Part shown: piece after piece, positions 13,926-45,743 of the stretch
Layout of the letters: each line of letters starts with the position of its first letter
How positions within the stretch are numbered: the first letter of the stretch is position 1
Assembly (NCBI GenBank): GCA_012295275.1
Contig: CM022673.1
Span: 11,842,001-11,906,000 of the forward strand
Direction of reading: 5' to 3'
Length of the DNA stretch: 64,000 nt
Origin: Chrysomallon squamiferum
Lineage: Eukaryota > Animalia > Mollusca
The notes under the pieces: model-generated
What the model was told of the DNA's origin: nothing
What the model saw: the letters and a program-made list of their open reading frames with translations, nothing else
The model's database searches: none
Translations under genes and position numbers: made by a program

Positions 13926-14423
13926 GCCTGTCAAACTACTATTTAGTCACATGTATATCACTATTTTGTAGGAATAATTTCAGATATATGTATCTTTTTT
14001 TTTTTTTGACCGATCTCATGGTCATAATAATCAGATGAATAAAAATTGTTTTAAAATGTTCACAAATTATTTTATTTACAGCATACGAATAAAGTGTTTA
14101 TCAAATAGTAATGTTAATCGTATACTTGTAGGTAATACATACATGTGTATATTAATAGCAAAAACATCTTTTACACACACACACAAACACACACACACAA
14201 ACACACACACAAACACACATACACACACACAAACACAACCTTTCTCACAAAACCACAAAGCGAGAACAAGCGCCATAGATAGAGCGCACCTGTCTGGAAC
14301 GGGAAATAACTGACGGTGACAACGGCAGTAAATGAGACGAGACGTGAGTGAACCAAGATTAGCCTGCGGATCTCACTAAAACTGATCAGGTCACTGGACT
14401 GTCTGTGATGTTAGCTGTCCCCT

Positions 14424-14436
14424 GGTCACAGTGACC
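14424..14436. promoter_or_regulatory. Perfect palindromic estrogen-response-element consensus GGTCAcagTGACC
   Basis: Exact GGTCAnnnTGACC match. Nearby are an AGGTCA half-site (~14388) and TCAAGGTCG (14521-14529; 8/9 to the ERR/SF1 element TCAAGGTCA). Function untested. Confidence 0.35.
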
Positions 14437-16387
14437 ACCTGACGTTATGCCACTGTATCTGTGTATCTCTGTTATGTTAGAAATGTGTCGACGGTTGACA
14501 TTTCACGTACAGTAAGCTAATCAAGGTCGCAGACGCAACAGTCTTATTTCATGTAGACACACTTGAGTACGCAGGCCAAAGAATTGAAACGTTTATATAT
14601 ATATATGTATATATATATACTGTGCGTGGTAGCGATTGTATGTGATGCATGAGTAATGAATGAATGAATGAATGAATGAATGAAGGACGGAAGGAAGGAA
14701 GGAAGGAAGAAACGGATGAATAAGTAAATAAATAATGAAAGAAGTAAAGAATGAATGGGTGAAAACATAAATGAATGAACAAAAATGAAATGAAAGAAAT
14801 AAAGAATGAAAGAAAGGATTAATAAATGAAAGAAAGTATGAATGACTGAATGAACGAATAAATGGAAAAAAAAATGAATATAAAAAGAAAGACATTTCAA
14901 AAGTAATTAGTATTAAATTTTTCAACTGCCACAGGTTGATATATATTAAAAAAATAATAATAAAAATAAATAAATAAATAAATATAAAAACAAAATTGTC
15001 TGTCATAATGATACGAGAGATAATCTTAATATATAAGAACAAAGCGGGAGAATAGGCACTAAGTCTAGATACGAATTCCTCTTTTATTTCATATACAACT
15101 TATACAAACAGGATATTTTATATAATATTTTTAATAATTTTATGCAAAAAAAATAAATTTGGGTAATGCAAAACAATTCAACACCTGCAAGACTTTACAA
15201 TTTATGCTGGTCATACAATGTTTTGGATTTCGAAATTTTTCGGATAATGGATCTTCAGCCTGTACCAAAAATAGTTTTAGTATTAGTATTACTAGTGGTA
15301 GTACTAGTAGTAGTAGAGTAGTAGCAGCATCAGCCGCAGTAGTAGTAGTATCAGTAATAGTATTAATAGTAGTAGTAGTAGTTGTAGTAATAGTAGTAGT
15401 AGCAGTAGCAGTAGTAATACTATTAGTAGAAGTAATAGTAGTAGTAGCAATAATAGTAGTAGTTGTAGTAGTAGTAGTAGTGGTAGTAGCAGTAGTAGTA
15501 GTAATAGTAGTAGTAGCAGTAGTAGTAGTGGAAGTGGTGGTGGTGGTGTTAGTAGCAGTGACAATAGGAGTAGTAGTAGTGATGGTAGAATTAATAGTAG
15601 TAGCAATGAATTTAAAATTAGTTTCTGATCATTTATAGATTTATATCTTTAGTACTTATACAATAAAATATTCCAGCTTTGTACAATATACAATGAGATA
15701 GCATTTTAAGAAGACGGAAATAAGGAAAAAATAATTTTAATTTGAAATCAGATCGGTTGTTTGATTAAAAACATTATAAAATGTAATATCGGTAAGAAAT
15801 GTAAGAACATTTGAAATAATCTTTACGTATTTTATTTATTTATTATATTCGTTATCATCAAAATCGTTTTTATTATGTATGCGTATGTATGTACGTACGT
15901 GTGTATCAGTGTTTGTGTGTGCGCGCGCAAACGTTTGTATATACGTACATATTAGAATATTATAACAATATTAAAAACCAAAAAAATGTCATACCTGCGG
16001 TAATATTATATCTAATTTATAAAGTAGATTTTTATAAACAGTGTGGGAGTATTGTAACTTAATTCACAATACCAACCGTAACAGTGTTAAAATACGATAG
16101 ATAAATGTTTCTGAAACTGAAGTCAACGTCCAATGATGTAACTCTATCAGTATTTCTGTGTCCAAATCGGCAGGTCTTAATTCCGCGCATTAAAATAACT
16201 TTATCTTAAAAAATATTTTAATTTTTTAAATTTTTTATTTGTTTTTGTTTTTTTAGCCCCGTGATTTCACCTGAAGGAGTTCTAGAACGCCATTTTTTTT
16301 TAATTTTTTTTTTTTTTGTCAGCGGTAATAAATATTAAAATGCAACGATAATTTTCATGGATGTTTCCAATAACGAAAATAAATAGA

Positions 16388-16422
<35 letters not shown>

Positions 16423-17768
16423 CATTAGTAATAACAAAAGGTTAAAATACAAAAATGAAAATAATAATAAAGAAAAAAGTAAGTACGTAAAAAAAAATAA
16501 ATAAATAAACAGTAAAAATAAATAAATATAGAAATAACAGTAGTAATAACAAAAGGTAAAATAATAAAAAAAATAATAATAATAATAACAATAATAAACA
16601 AAAAGTAAGTAAAATATAGATAATAAATAAACATTACAAATAAACAAACAAACAAACAAACAAACAAATAAACAAAATAATTAAAATTAAACATTAAAAA
16701 TTGAAACAAAAATATTTCCATATTCTTTTAGGGGTTTTCAAAAGCATTGCAACGAGTCAAACATTTCTTCTAATTAAAATTTGTTTTTAATTATATATTT
16801 CAAGAACGTTCTTTCATATCGCTGACAGAAAGAGAAGAAAAAAAAAACTATTCATTGGTCTGAACAGCATTAACTGCACATTATCAGCGTGTTTTAAAAC
16901 CGTGTTTATTTACAGCTGTAAACGTGTTTGTTTTGTGAACGAGATGTGTAAAGAGAGATGGGGCTAATTTTGTTAGTAGCACGTACGACTATGTAAAGGT
17001 TAATTATAACACAGGTGTGAAAATGGGAGGCGCTCGATCGCCATTTTTACCTTCTTTTAACGGACGGCACAGATTTTTCGTCAGCCCTAACAAACGTGAA
17101 GTAGTAGATTGCAAAACTCATTATTAGAGACACGAATTTCATTTCTGAATTGATACGAGTTCTGTTACATTTCATAATTTATGTTTTTAAAGGTCAAAAA
17201 GAAAGACAGAGAGAGAGAGAGAAAAAAATAATATCGCTAAAAGTAAATATTATTTTGCACTAAGATTCGCTGACGGTTTGGAACGAAAACAAACGAAGTC
17301 GCGTCGTGACCAAACGTAAATGTGAAAAGATTAAAAAAAGAGTTCACGGTCGAGTTTTTTAATTCGATTCATCGCTTAACGATTAGTGGCTGTTGACTTA
17401 AAATTCATTATTACTCACAGTTACAGAAGTGTACACTTCTTTTATTTTATTTTCTAAATGGTGACAGAGGTGTCTAGACTCAACCAGAAAACGATTCGTT
17501 AAACAGACCAGCACGTGCTCGTATCTCCGATCGTCCAGCGCCGATTCGTGATTTTATAAAAATTGTCACGTGATACAAACGACTGGACTATCTGAAAGTA
17601 CTTACGAACTGTAACCAGTCAAATGATGGGAATGTAACAGATTTTATATTGAAGACTTCTGTTTGTTACTGTCTATCAGATCTTCATACTGACAGAGTGG
17701 GAAAGGTGTGCTTTTGATCCAGACGAGAAAATATCAAGATATTTAACATTTTTAAACTTTCGATTAAG

Positions 17769-29802
<12,034 letters not shown>

Positions 29803-32800
29803 AAGCTGGTAACTGTGATAATAAATCCATGACCAATTACTTTGTAATGAATCGCGTTTTAAGCTTTTGATTTATTAGTGTTTTATAAGCTGCAGCTTTA
29901 GATGAGCACGTTTGACATTAAAGTATGCTTGTAATGGTCCTACAAAAATTGCCTAAAAATATTTTGAATACTTCAAGCTATTATTTAATTTATTTCTGGT
30001 AAAAAATCTTCGTTAATATATCAGAAAAAAATAATAATAAAGAGCGTGAATAATTTCACAGAAGCTTTCTTTTTATGACGTAATGTCGTATATAAAACAA
30101 AAGTTAAAATGAATTACAGTAATTTTAACGCGAGTGTTGAAACAGGTTTATGTTGGCTCAGTCTGTCGGGACTTTTTCATGAAGTTACGTAAGAAGGAAA
30201 ATGATCGTATATAATTATAAGTTTTCTCGATCATGCTATGATACTGACATACTTTATATATTTAACACTTATATTCATCGTTATTTCAAAAGTGAGTGAT
30301 GCATGTTGTCAAAAAAACAACATTTTAAATTTTGCATGTTTAATACCCATAAGAATATCGCAACAGGATATTTAGAATATGACGTAAGATTTTTGGCGCA
30401 AAGGTTTGGTGTTATGTTTTTTTTACAAAGATTAACAAATAATGATGATTTTTGTATAACATGCCTTTGTTTTGAAGATATTTAAGGCAGGAAAGTATAT
30501 ATAAAAAAAGATATCCCTTCTATATTATGTATATAATACTGAACTTTATTATTATTATTATTATTATTATTATCACCTTTTTATTTTATATTTATTTATT
30601 TATTTTTTTTTTTTTTTCGTGATAGAATTATATGTTTGGACATGCACACATAAATTGTCATATATTATACAAGATACATGCAAACACGCACACACGCACA
30701 CACACACACACATATACACAGTTAGTTTGCTTTTTAAAAATAAAACGATCGTGGAATATGAATGACTCATTCGTTTCCATGTGACAAATGTTTAAATGTT
30801 TTCTTTGCTTATTTTATTAAAGAAAAATACCTTGGTTTGTAGCAGAGAAATTGGGTTATTTCATAAATGTTTATATCTGTAACCAAAATCTTTATTACAA
30901 ATAATTATATTGTGCTATTTGTATGAAAATACTGATTCCATATTCTAAGAGATTTACTTATAGTATTTTATGCAAAAAAAAAAAAAAAAAAGGAATGTAT
31001 TTAAATTGCGAAGTACTTATTTTTCAAGTGTTAATTGCAATGAAATAATAAAATATTTATATTTGTTTGTATATATATATATATATATATAAAATGTTTA
31101 TTAACAGTAATATCAGTAAACCACTGATTTTGCAAAAAGTAAAATTTCATTTTAATCTGTTTTATTCGGTATTTTTGCTAATAAATCATGTTTAAAACAT
31201 TATCCCGTGTTTTTTATGTTCTACCAGTTTTGTGTTAATTAGTATATATTTATACATCATTTGATCCTGTCATTTATAGACTTACTATGAAACATCCCCG
31301 ATGTTTTTCTCTTTGTCTCTCTGTGTCTCCGCACCCAGACAATTCACAGAGATAAGAAACAAACGAATAAAACAATATATAGAAATAATGATAATCTTTT
31401 ACAAAATACTACTACTACTACTATTACGTCTACTACTACTACCACAACAAAAACAACAACAACTACTACTACTACTACTACTACTAATAATAATACTAAT
31501 AATAAAAAACAAACAAACAAAAACAAACCACTGGCTAGTAACATGTTAGCTTCGAATACTGTACGTAACGAAAGTAAATCTATCAGCTTAACCTACATGA
31601 TTATAAAACTGCGTATCTGATTAACCACTGCTGTCAAATAAGTTGATTCCGAAGAATGAATAAAGAACGAATGAAATAATCAATAAAAATGAATAAATGG
31701 AAGAAACAGTAGTGAATGAATGAATGAATGAATGAATGAATGAATGAAGTTTATTTAGTGATACGTGACATTATTTTAGTTTTGATTGTTATTAATCATT
31801 ATCAGTTCAGTTTGTAAAAGATAATTTAACATAAAAGAAAATGTCTAAGACATACCGTGTAAAAGGTCCTAGTGAAATATTTATAAATAAATTCTGAGTT
31901 AAAACCAACAAAATAAAACAAATAAAACCAACAAAAAAACAACAAAACCCTCCCCAAAAACCCACAGTCCTTCAAAAAACAACAACAAAACAAAAGAAAA
32001 ACAAAAACAAAACAAAAGAAAAACAACAAAACAAAACAAAAAACAACAAGTTATATTAATTTAAAGTAGAACAAAGGAATCTTCTTTTTCTTTTTTTCTT
32101 TTTATATATCAAACTGTTTAGTTTCTGTATATTTTTCTGTTTCTTCTGGTATTTTTGTGTGTTTTTTCTTTGGTTTATCTGTAATGTCCTCAACATAATC
32201 CTCTTTATATGTTTAACTTCCAGCCTTTTGTGTGTGTCTAAAGAAGTGGATAAATACAGGAATAAATGATAATAACAATAATGACGATGATGGTAGCAAT
32301 AATAAACAACAAATAAAAAGCAGACCACAGAATACCAGTGAAAAGTCACATTACTACTGCCCTACTAGTACTAGTACTACTGCTACTTCTGCTACTACTA
32401 CTACTACCACCACTACCACCACTACTACATATGTAAATGATTTACAAACAGAAGAAACTCACACCTGTTTACCCACTGATATAAATGTACTATAACCATT
32501 GCCTATCAACTCGTGGTAATAAGCAGGTGTGCGAAATAACTCATAGATAAAAACACGAATAAAAACGAATAATTAAGTTTTAATATTATTAGAATAATAT
32601 CAATACATTTAGAATATCTCATTAGATATCGATTTTTTTTCTACGGATAAATATAAATTATATTTATATGCAGGCAAAATATATTAATGAAAGATAAAGT
32701 CAGAAAATTGAATTTTTATCTACAGGTCCATTACCAGCTATGTGTCAACGTGACATACGATATCGAATGACTTACGATAGATCTGTGAACGTTAATTCAA

Positions 32801-33392
32801 TGTAGCTCTCACGGAGACTGTTTTTTCTATCAATCTACGTCTCTGTTTAGGCGAAACAAGGAGCGACTGGGGACAGAGGCTTGCAGTGAAACAGAATTAT
32901 CATTTCAATAGTAAAATAAACATTACTGTTCGGATGAACATGATGAGATCTAAGAAATAAAATAAACACGAATGTGTGAAAATTTAGTATCAGTGACACG
33001 AATTTTACCGGTTATTGTTCTAACATAACAGAAGTTTCTTTTGCTTTTGTTGACAGTCTTTTTAAATGACACACTGATTTCAAAAGGTAATTATTTCAGT
33101 ATATATAAACAAGTATTTTTTTTCATTTAACTGACACTCATGGGAAACTGAATTACGGCAGAGAAGGTCGTGACTTCTAAATGAAAAGTCAAACAAAATG
33201 TTGGAAGAGTTCACTGATCAGGTGTTTGTAAAACAAACAATGTATGAACTATTTGTTTAATGTTATCTTGAATGTCTTCTATTTTTTTTTTTATGTTTAT
33301 TTGTTGGAATAAAAAAGCCAGAACATCTTCCTGTAACAGTTTATTCAATGCGACGTTTTCGAACACAAAGCAAGTTTCAGATCTGAACAAAG

Positions 33393-33992
33393 ATGGCTGT
33401 TCTCTTAATTTGGTTTTTCCTGCTGCTACGTAAGTTCTTTTAAAAGTTTTGTAATTAAAAAGAAAGTTTAATGATTTTATGTTCCTTCTAGAAAACAGAT
33501 AATTAAAAAAATTAAGGTTGTCTTCCTCTTTTTCTTCATTTCCATCATCGTCATCATCATCCTCTTCTTCTTCTTCGTCTTCTTCATCTTCTTCTTTCTC
33601 TTCGTCTTCGATTTTTTATTATTATTATAATAATAATTATTATTAGTGTTATTAGTAATAGTAGTACTAGTAGTAGTAGTAGTAACAGTAATAGTATTGC
33701 TATCATTTTCTAATCGTCATCGATATAACCCATCAAAAACTCATCATTTTTATTATCTTTCATATTTGTGTATCTGTGAAAGTATAGCGCAGTAGTAAAT
33801 TATTACGCATAATTATTTTAAGGTTTGAACGGAGTTATCTGCGGAGTAACAGAATGCGCGCCAGGATTAAACGTGTGCGCAGAAACAATGGCGGATGAAA
33901 TTGCAACGGCCGGTTCGGATACCAGTTTGGTTTGTCAGTAAGTATTATTTCTTATTTACAAAATATCAAGCTTATTCACACTGAAATCTATA

Positions 33993-34051
<59 letters not shown>

Positions 34052-34974
34052 AGAGATATGTAAGTTAATGAATGCTCAATGAAACAAGACAATTCTACGA
34101 TTTTGATTTCTTTATCAGAACAGTAACGTAAGGCTTTCACGTCATGGACTACTTTTAAGGATCAGAAAAAAAAAAACCGAGATACTTATGGTGTAATGGA
34201 TTTTCATGTGGGAAATTAATTATGTAACTATATAGTAAAATACTCAAGTATAAAGAAAACTGAAGCCTGAAAATTGATTTTTTCATCTTCCACAGAGCTG
34301 TGGATAAGTCTCTCACCTGCGTTGTCATGGAAACGGCTTCATGCGATATGGTTTCCAAAGCTGAAATTGCTGGCGCCATGAATTCGTTCATTGACAAATA
34401 CGAGGGGTCAGAATATAACTGTACATTAGGTAGGATTATCTTTGACGTAATTGATATAGAAATAGTTTTACAGATTTAATGGGGTTTTTTTTTAAAAGGT
34501 AATTACGAAAAAAGAAGTATTGGTATTATAGTGTTTGAGCCACTGTTCTCTAGACTGGAAAGATAATGGTTCGGATCCCAAAACCGAAGCCCACCATATT
34601 CTTTATTTTATTTTATTTAATTGATTTTCTGATATTGTTTTTCTCACAGAACAAAGCCTTCAGTATAATGTATCCAAGATGGATGATTTTAAATGTCATA
34701 AATTTAAAATTCAAAACAGAATTTAAATACAAACACACACACACAAACGTTTTAGGAAAAAAACAACAACGGAGGGTCAGTCTTTTGAGTACATTGCTCC
34801 TGTAAACCTTTCGTATAATGATAAGAAAGAATATATAATATGAACGAAAACGAAAGTGGCTGTTCTCATAATTATGAGAATGAATGAATAATTTAAAATT
34901 AAATTAATAAACGAAGTAGCGAATAAATAAATAATTAAAAACTAACATCAATTGAACCTAATATTCAGTTCTTC

Positions 34975-35033
<59 letters not shown>

Positions 35034-35382
35034 TTTTCAGCAAATGCCGACGATCCTGCATTCAAAACGGACGCATGCGCAAGTGCAGTGTCTTACTGCA
35101 GCAACTTTTATTTCGAAGCAGAAATGACGACAGATTTTAATGTTGCTTGCACGTAAGTAAACGTATAAAAATATCACACTTTTCATTGTTGTTAACTCCA
35201 ATACATATTGGATTGTGTGTTGAAATTTATTACAAAATAGGGCAAGCTATAACTAAAATATAGTTTAAAAATGACTGTCAGTAATTATCTGTTTAGACTA
35301 AGATTTTCGCTAGATGGATCATCATTATCATCGTCATCGTCATCATCATTTTCGTCTTCTTCTTCTTCTTCTTCTTCTTCTT

Positions 35383-35413
<31 letters not shown>

Positions 35414-37750
35414 TTATTATTATTATTGTTATTGTTATTGTTATTGTTGTTGTTGTTGTTGTTACTGTTGTTGTTCTTGTTGTCATTGTCTGTTACAAAT
35501 ATATACGATTAATGTTAAAATTTACAGTTTTCTGTTTCCAGGTTGTTTGATCAGTATTTTTCATGCATGTCAACTAACACAACGGCATGTGTCAGCACTG
35601 AGGCTGTGTCCCAGATTAAAAATGCAGTAGACAACACGAGGTCTGTGGCCAACGCAGAATTCTACTTCTGTGATGAAAGTAAGCAGAGATTTTGAAAAAT
35701 TCTTGTGTATCTCAACAGTGTAGTTTAAATGCGTTTTGAATTTATATATATATATTTTTTTCATACCATTCTAAGCTAATAATACCATACGAGCTGCAAA
35801 AAATATAACATATTTAAATCTTGAATTGATTTACTTAAAGTGATTGTTTTATTAGAGAAACTAACTTTTAAAGATTAAAGACAGGCACGTCCGCACACAC
35901 ACACATAAAAACGTACATATACATGCATATAGTGACATATATATATATAAGAAAAAAAAAAAAAAAATAAACACAAACACAAAACAAAAAAAAAAGAAAA
36001 AAAAAAAAAAACATATCTTTTGGCCGTTAAATATTTTGAGTTATTACAAAACGTAAACATTCATTCTTTGCAATACATTGAAATTTAAATGATGTTTTTT
36101 TACTCTTTTATAGCTTATGTTATATATAATTTTAATTAAATTGTTGCACGAAACCTGACGTAGGAGTATCTGTTTTATTTATTTTATAAACACAGCTGTT
36201 TGATGAGTTTAAATCGTGTAAGTAATGTTAAGGTACTGGTGTGTTGAATTTCAGGAAAACTCTACTCGCTGGATGAGTGTAATCGAGGTTTTGACAGCTG
36301 CGTAGCGCCGATTTCAAAAATTGGAAACAACGGACAAAGTTGTCAGTAAGTTTGTTAGCTAATAATATCTTACAAAAATAACACAACATTCCCCACCCGC
36401 AAAAAAAACAACAAAAAAAAAAAAAAAAAAAAAAACAAAAGAGAAATATTACGAGAAAGGAAGGTATTTTGAATATGTAAACACAGATGAAATATAAAAT
36501 AAACACTTTATTCGATTTAAATAAAAATCAAACAAATTTATTAAGTTCTTTCCCGAGAATGGATACCAAATGGATATCTGCACGCCACTGTGTTATAAAT
36601 AGGCTTCTTAAGTGTGACGGGTTGAAGCCAGTTGATAGATAGTATTCATAACTTGGTTTGCTGTGAAGTCATATTGTAAAAGAAAGAATGATAACTGACG
36701 ATACTGACATCTGAGTAGACATTTTCTTATTATTAACTTTCTACTCTAACATTGTATCTGACAGATTTAAGGACTCAAAAGCCATTTAAGATGTGCTTGA
36801 ATAATTCAGACGACGTAAATACATTACTTTAATTTACACGTAAGCAGTTTTCTTAAATGATGACGTAATGACATTGTTTAAATCTTCTCATGATGTAACC
36901 AAGTTGACTGAATGAAGAGAATATGAAGTATTAAATAAACGTGAATAACGCTTCTCAAAGGTATGGTAAATTTTAATTTGGTTTGTTGTAGGATCGTCAA
37001 CGACATGACGAAATGCGTCGAGGAATTGACAGCTCAGAAGAGCAACACGTGCAGCCCAAGACAGAAATCACAGTATCGGGAAACTGTGAAGAGTATGTCG
37101 AAAGAATTCATGAACAATCCAGACTTGTGCAGTACGTGTCCACTTTATAATTACATTCAATGGTTAAATATCACTTAAATATCACTGCGATAAAACGTTC
37201 AACGACATTTCAATGCATTTTGAATTTAAACGTTGCTAGACCTTGCAAAACGATTTGATTTGCACAGGTGGAAATGTACTTACCTTGATTACTGATAGAA
37301 TTATAGTAAAACACAGTACAGATCACCGATGTATGTCTCAGGCAAATATATTAACATTTAACCAAATCCTGATTGTTATATTCTAATTTAAGAAAACATT
37401 GTTCCAGTGATATTAATTAGATAAGTATAAAATAAAATAAACAATATTTGCTTAGCGACAAATAAGTCCATTTTGTTTCTAAGAATAGATGGGGAAAAAA
37501 AGAAAGAAAAGAAAAAGAAAAAAAAAATATAATAATTAAAACAAAAAAAGAGGCATTTTAACCGAGTCGCAGAAACATATTTATTTTCTTACAGCGTTTA
37601 TCTCTATATATGTGTATGGATATAATGTGTGTTTTAATTATAATGTTAATTTAATATTTTTAAATTTCAGATGATGCGCTTTGTTTGAGGATGACTTCAT
37701 TTCTGGCAGGAGTCTTTGCTGTTTTAGCTTATACAGTCACATTTCTATAA
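33393..37750 (+). CDS. Gene B: paralog of gene A with three 6-Cys modules and a GPI-type tail, no stalk, 281 aa, 8 coding exons
   Basis: Exons 33393-33429, 33823-33937, 34296-34429, 35041-35152, 35542-35678, 36255-36345, 36992-37131 and 37671-37750 (846 nt). The first five exon lengths (37, 115, 134, 112, 137) equal those of gene A. Shared motifs ECAPG.N.CA, CQAVDKSL.C, SKAEIAG.M, CSPR. Tail NDALCLRMTSFLAGVFAVLAYTVTFL*; AATAAA overlaps the stop. Confidence 0.88.
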
Positions 37751-40004
37751 TAAACGTTGTTTGTTACAAAAAGAAAAGAGAAAATAGAAAAAAGAAATGT
37801 CAATAATTAGTTCTGAATAACAAATAAACAAACAAACACCCCACCCCGAAAGTATATATATATATATATATAAAAAAAAAAAAAAATAAATAAATAAATA
37901 TATAAATAAAATCAAGATAAATTAAAATAAAATGAAATAAAACAACCGAACAATTTTCGGGGAATAATATTTGTACAACAGATCTCAAAAAAAAAAAAAA
38001 AAATTATAAAAATGATCTGATATGTAAAAGAATTCAGTTTATAGATTCTTTTTGTCGCTCGTCTTTTTGAAACGAATTTCTAAATAAGTTAAATTTTTAA
38101 TGTGTTGTCTTTTCCGACCTATATTTTATAAAATCAAAAATGTTTGATGTAACTAAAATCTGTTTAACGCTGTAACAACAATAACAACAAAATAAGACTA
38201 GAGTTAACGTAGATAAAAAAATTAAAAGAAATAAAATATATGTAAATGAATACTACTACTAATGCTACTACAATACTACTACTACTACAATACTACTACT
38301 GCTACTACTACTACGTCTATTACTACTACTATAATACTACTACAACTACTGCTACTATCACTACTACTACTAGTACTAATAATAACAGCAATAATATTGA
38401 TGATGATGATAAAATGAGGATGCTTATTACAAAAAAAAAAAAAAACAACACCATGCAACCAACCTAAATCCGTTTATACTAATTTTTACAACAAACAAAA
38501 GATTAATTTTATTATGCTGTTGAATTTAACCTATATAAAGTGAATATTGTGTATTTTTGCAACAATTGTCAATTAATATATCCACATTTATATTTTATTT
38601 TAATATTTATAAAACTGACCATCATTGATATAATTCAATGTGACGCTTAGAACATTATATTGCGTAGGTGTTATCTAAATAAAATATCGCTAATTTCATA
38701 TTTATTTTAAATCTTTATATTTATATATCTGTCGCTGTTACTGATGTATGTATGTTTAGTTTGTATGTATATTTATTTGGCAATAAACCCATACATTCAA
38801 TGACTTTGGTAACTGGTTTTTGATAATTTTTGGAAAACCTTAAATGTGCACTATGTATTTGTATATATCTAAGATAAATAATTAATATATATATATATAT
38901 CATAAATATTAGATATATCTTATAAAATATATCTTATAAAATAGTATTATATTTCACATCATATGCTTTGTCTATGTATTAAAATAGATCTGTTATATCT
39001 GTTATAAATGATTACACATTTGTTGTACACTTCAAATCAGTTAATGTGTAATTATCAAATGTATTAGCTAGACTTTTATTTATTACCTAGACTTTAATTG
39101 TGTGTAAATAAATAGCTAAGAATATGTGTATGTACGTATGTATTCGATCTACGCTGTTGGAACGGTAAATTACGTAATGACCACAGCTAGCTGTATTGAT
39201 CTTGCTGACCCACAGTTCTTCAGAGGAAAGTTTTTATTATTGAACATCAGCCCAGAGCATTCTAATGTCCATACGCACGTATATGTGTTAGTTTTTATGT
39301 GAATATATTCAAATAATATATTTCATGTGTAAGTGTTAACCAAGAAAGAAAGAAAAAAAATCTAGAATATACACATTTGTTAAGCCGTTACAATGTACGA
39401 CTTCAAAACGAAGATTATTTTCTGAGGGTTTGAAATTTATAAATCAACAAACATTATCTGAGCGTAAGAGAAAACGAAAGGCTATTTTTAACAATGAGCT
39501 TGCGTGTTGCCGAAGAAAGCCGAAGAAAACCGATAACGAATGTACCTTAACTCTGTTGTCAAAGAGTTATCGGTGACGTTTATCTCCCTTTACAACGTCA
39601 AGATTTTTCTGTAAGAACAAAAACAGTGCCGATATCGACAATCTTCTGATACCGCTTCCAGTACACGATTTCTTCATTTAGAGAAATTAATAGTATTTTC
39701 AGCTGTAATCTTTTAATCATAGAAACGGCGATAAAAGTATTTGTTGTCTTTTATCATGTAATGCGACTGAAACTGGGTTATATGGATTTATTCTGTAGGT
39801 GCTGAGTTCAAATCCTGTTATTGGTATTAATGGAAATTACGCATTGCAGAAAAATGTTGGCTAAATTCGCATGTCATTTATGCGTCTCTGTATGTATGTA
39901 TTTATCTTCTGTCTGTCTGTCTGTCTGTCTGTGTTTCTGCCTGCCTGGCTGTAGGCCTGTCTATCCATGTATCTATTTATCTGATCGTCTATCTATCTTT
40001 CTAT

Positions 40005-40039
<35 letters not shown>

Positions 40040-40268
40040 TCAAAATAAACAGTGAATAGTTTTTTTTTTTATAAAACCTCTTCTGAATTCTGAAATACCA
40101 AGATCCGCCCCCTTTTTTTTGTTTTGTTTACATCAGTAAACTATAGCAACATGAAAATAAGCCACACTATACAGTTGATATACATGTATATATTGTAACG
40201 TCAGCTAGAAGACATTAGTTACTGGTCACACGTCAGGTAAAGAGAAAGCTAGATTTGTTTCAGAAGTA

Positions 40269-44655
<4,387 letters not shown>

Positions 44656-45743
44656 TCTGAGGTTTAGCCAGAACGGGATATTAAGTTGTACTTTCTACCA
44701 TGTTAGTTTCAAAATAATTTTATATTCACTGTAAGACAAACAACCTAATATCTGATTATTCTAATAACAATACTACTACTACTACTAATGATGATGATGA
44801 TCATTGTAATGATGATGATGATAATAATAATAATGATAATAATAATGTGTTTATTGGTGGAAGTTCTTACTGGTGAAATTGTATTGTATTTTTATTTATT
44901 TTTTCGACGTTTATCGTGTAATATATTACTCATATTAGTTTTAACGATGTAAAGTGTACTGCTGATTTATATATCATAATTTGTAGCGTTATCATTATTT
45001 AATCAAGAGCTGCGTCAGGTTTACAATTATATATATATATATATATATAATCAGACACATATACACACACACATACAAAACAAACACCCCAAACACTCCA
45101 CAAACACCATTTGATTTATCTGTTATAATTAACTTCAGACAAATTAATAAACTCCAGTTGTCTCTTTCATATGCATCACGGAGGAAGACATTCTTCATTA
45201 AGTAAATACTGTATACAGATTATTAATATAACAAATAAATATATACTTTACTGCATCACCGTTTATTACTTTATCTCAGTTTAGAGGTTTGCTTAAAGAA
45301 ATAGGCTTAAATTTTGCGTTATTCAAGTGACAGGATAGATTTCTGTTTTCACACGAAAACAATTAACCGACATTTTTTTTTTTTTATGTTTAAAAAACAA
45401 ACATTGTCAGATGAGCGGATTATACCCAACCAGGGATCGAAGACAAAAGCAACAACAGCAGCAACAACAAAAACAATAAAAATAATACATTTTCGAAGTT
45501 AGTTTCTTATACAATTGCTTTTTTTTTTTTTATTTCTAAGCGAATAACAACTAAACTGTGTAATTTGCAACAAACCGTATTCACTCTGTATTACGAACGT
45601 AAAATGATTTTCATATCTCAGCAGTTCGTAATAACGTAGACTGATGTCGTTGAAACGGGCCATCACAAGAAAATTATTAATACTGAAACTGTAGGATCAA
45701 TCTAAACAGTGTTCGGTGAAAATATTAAATAGTTCTTCCTTGT

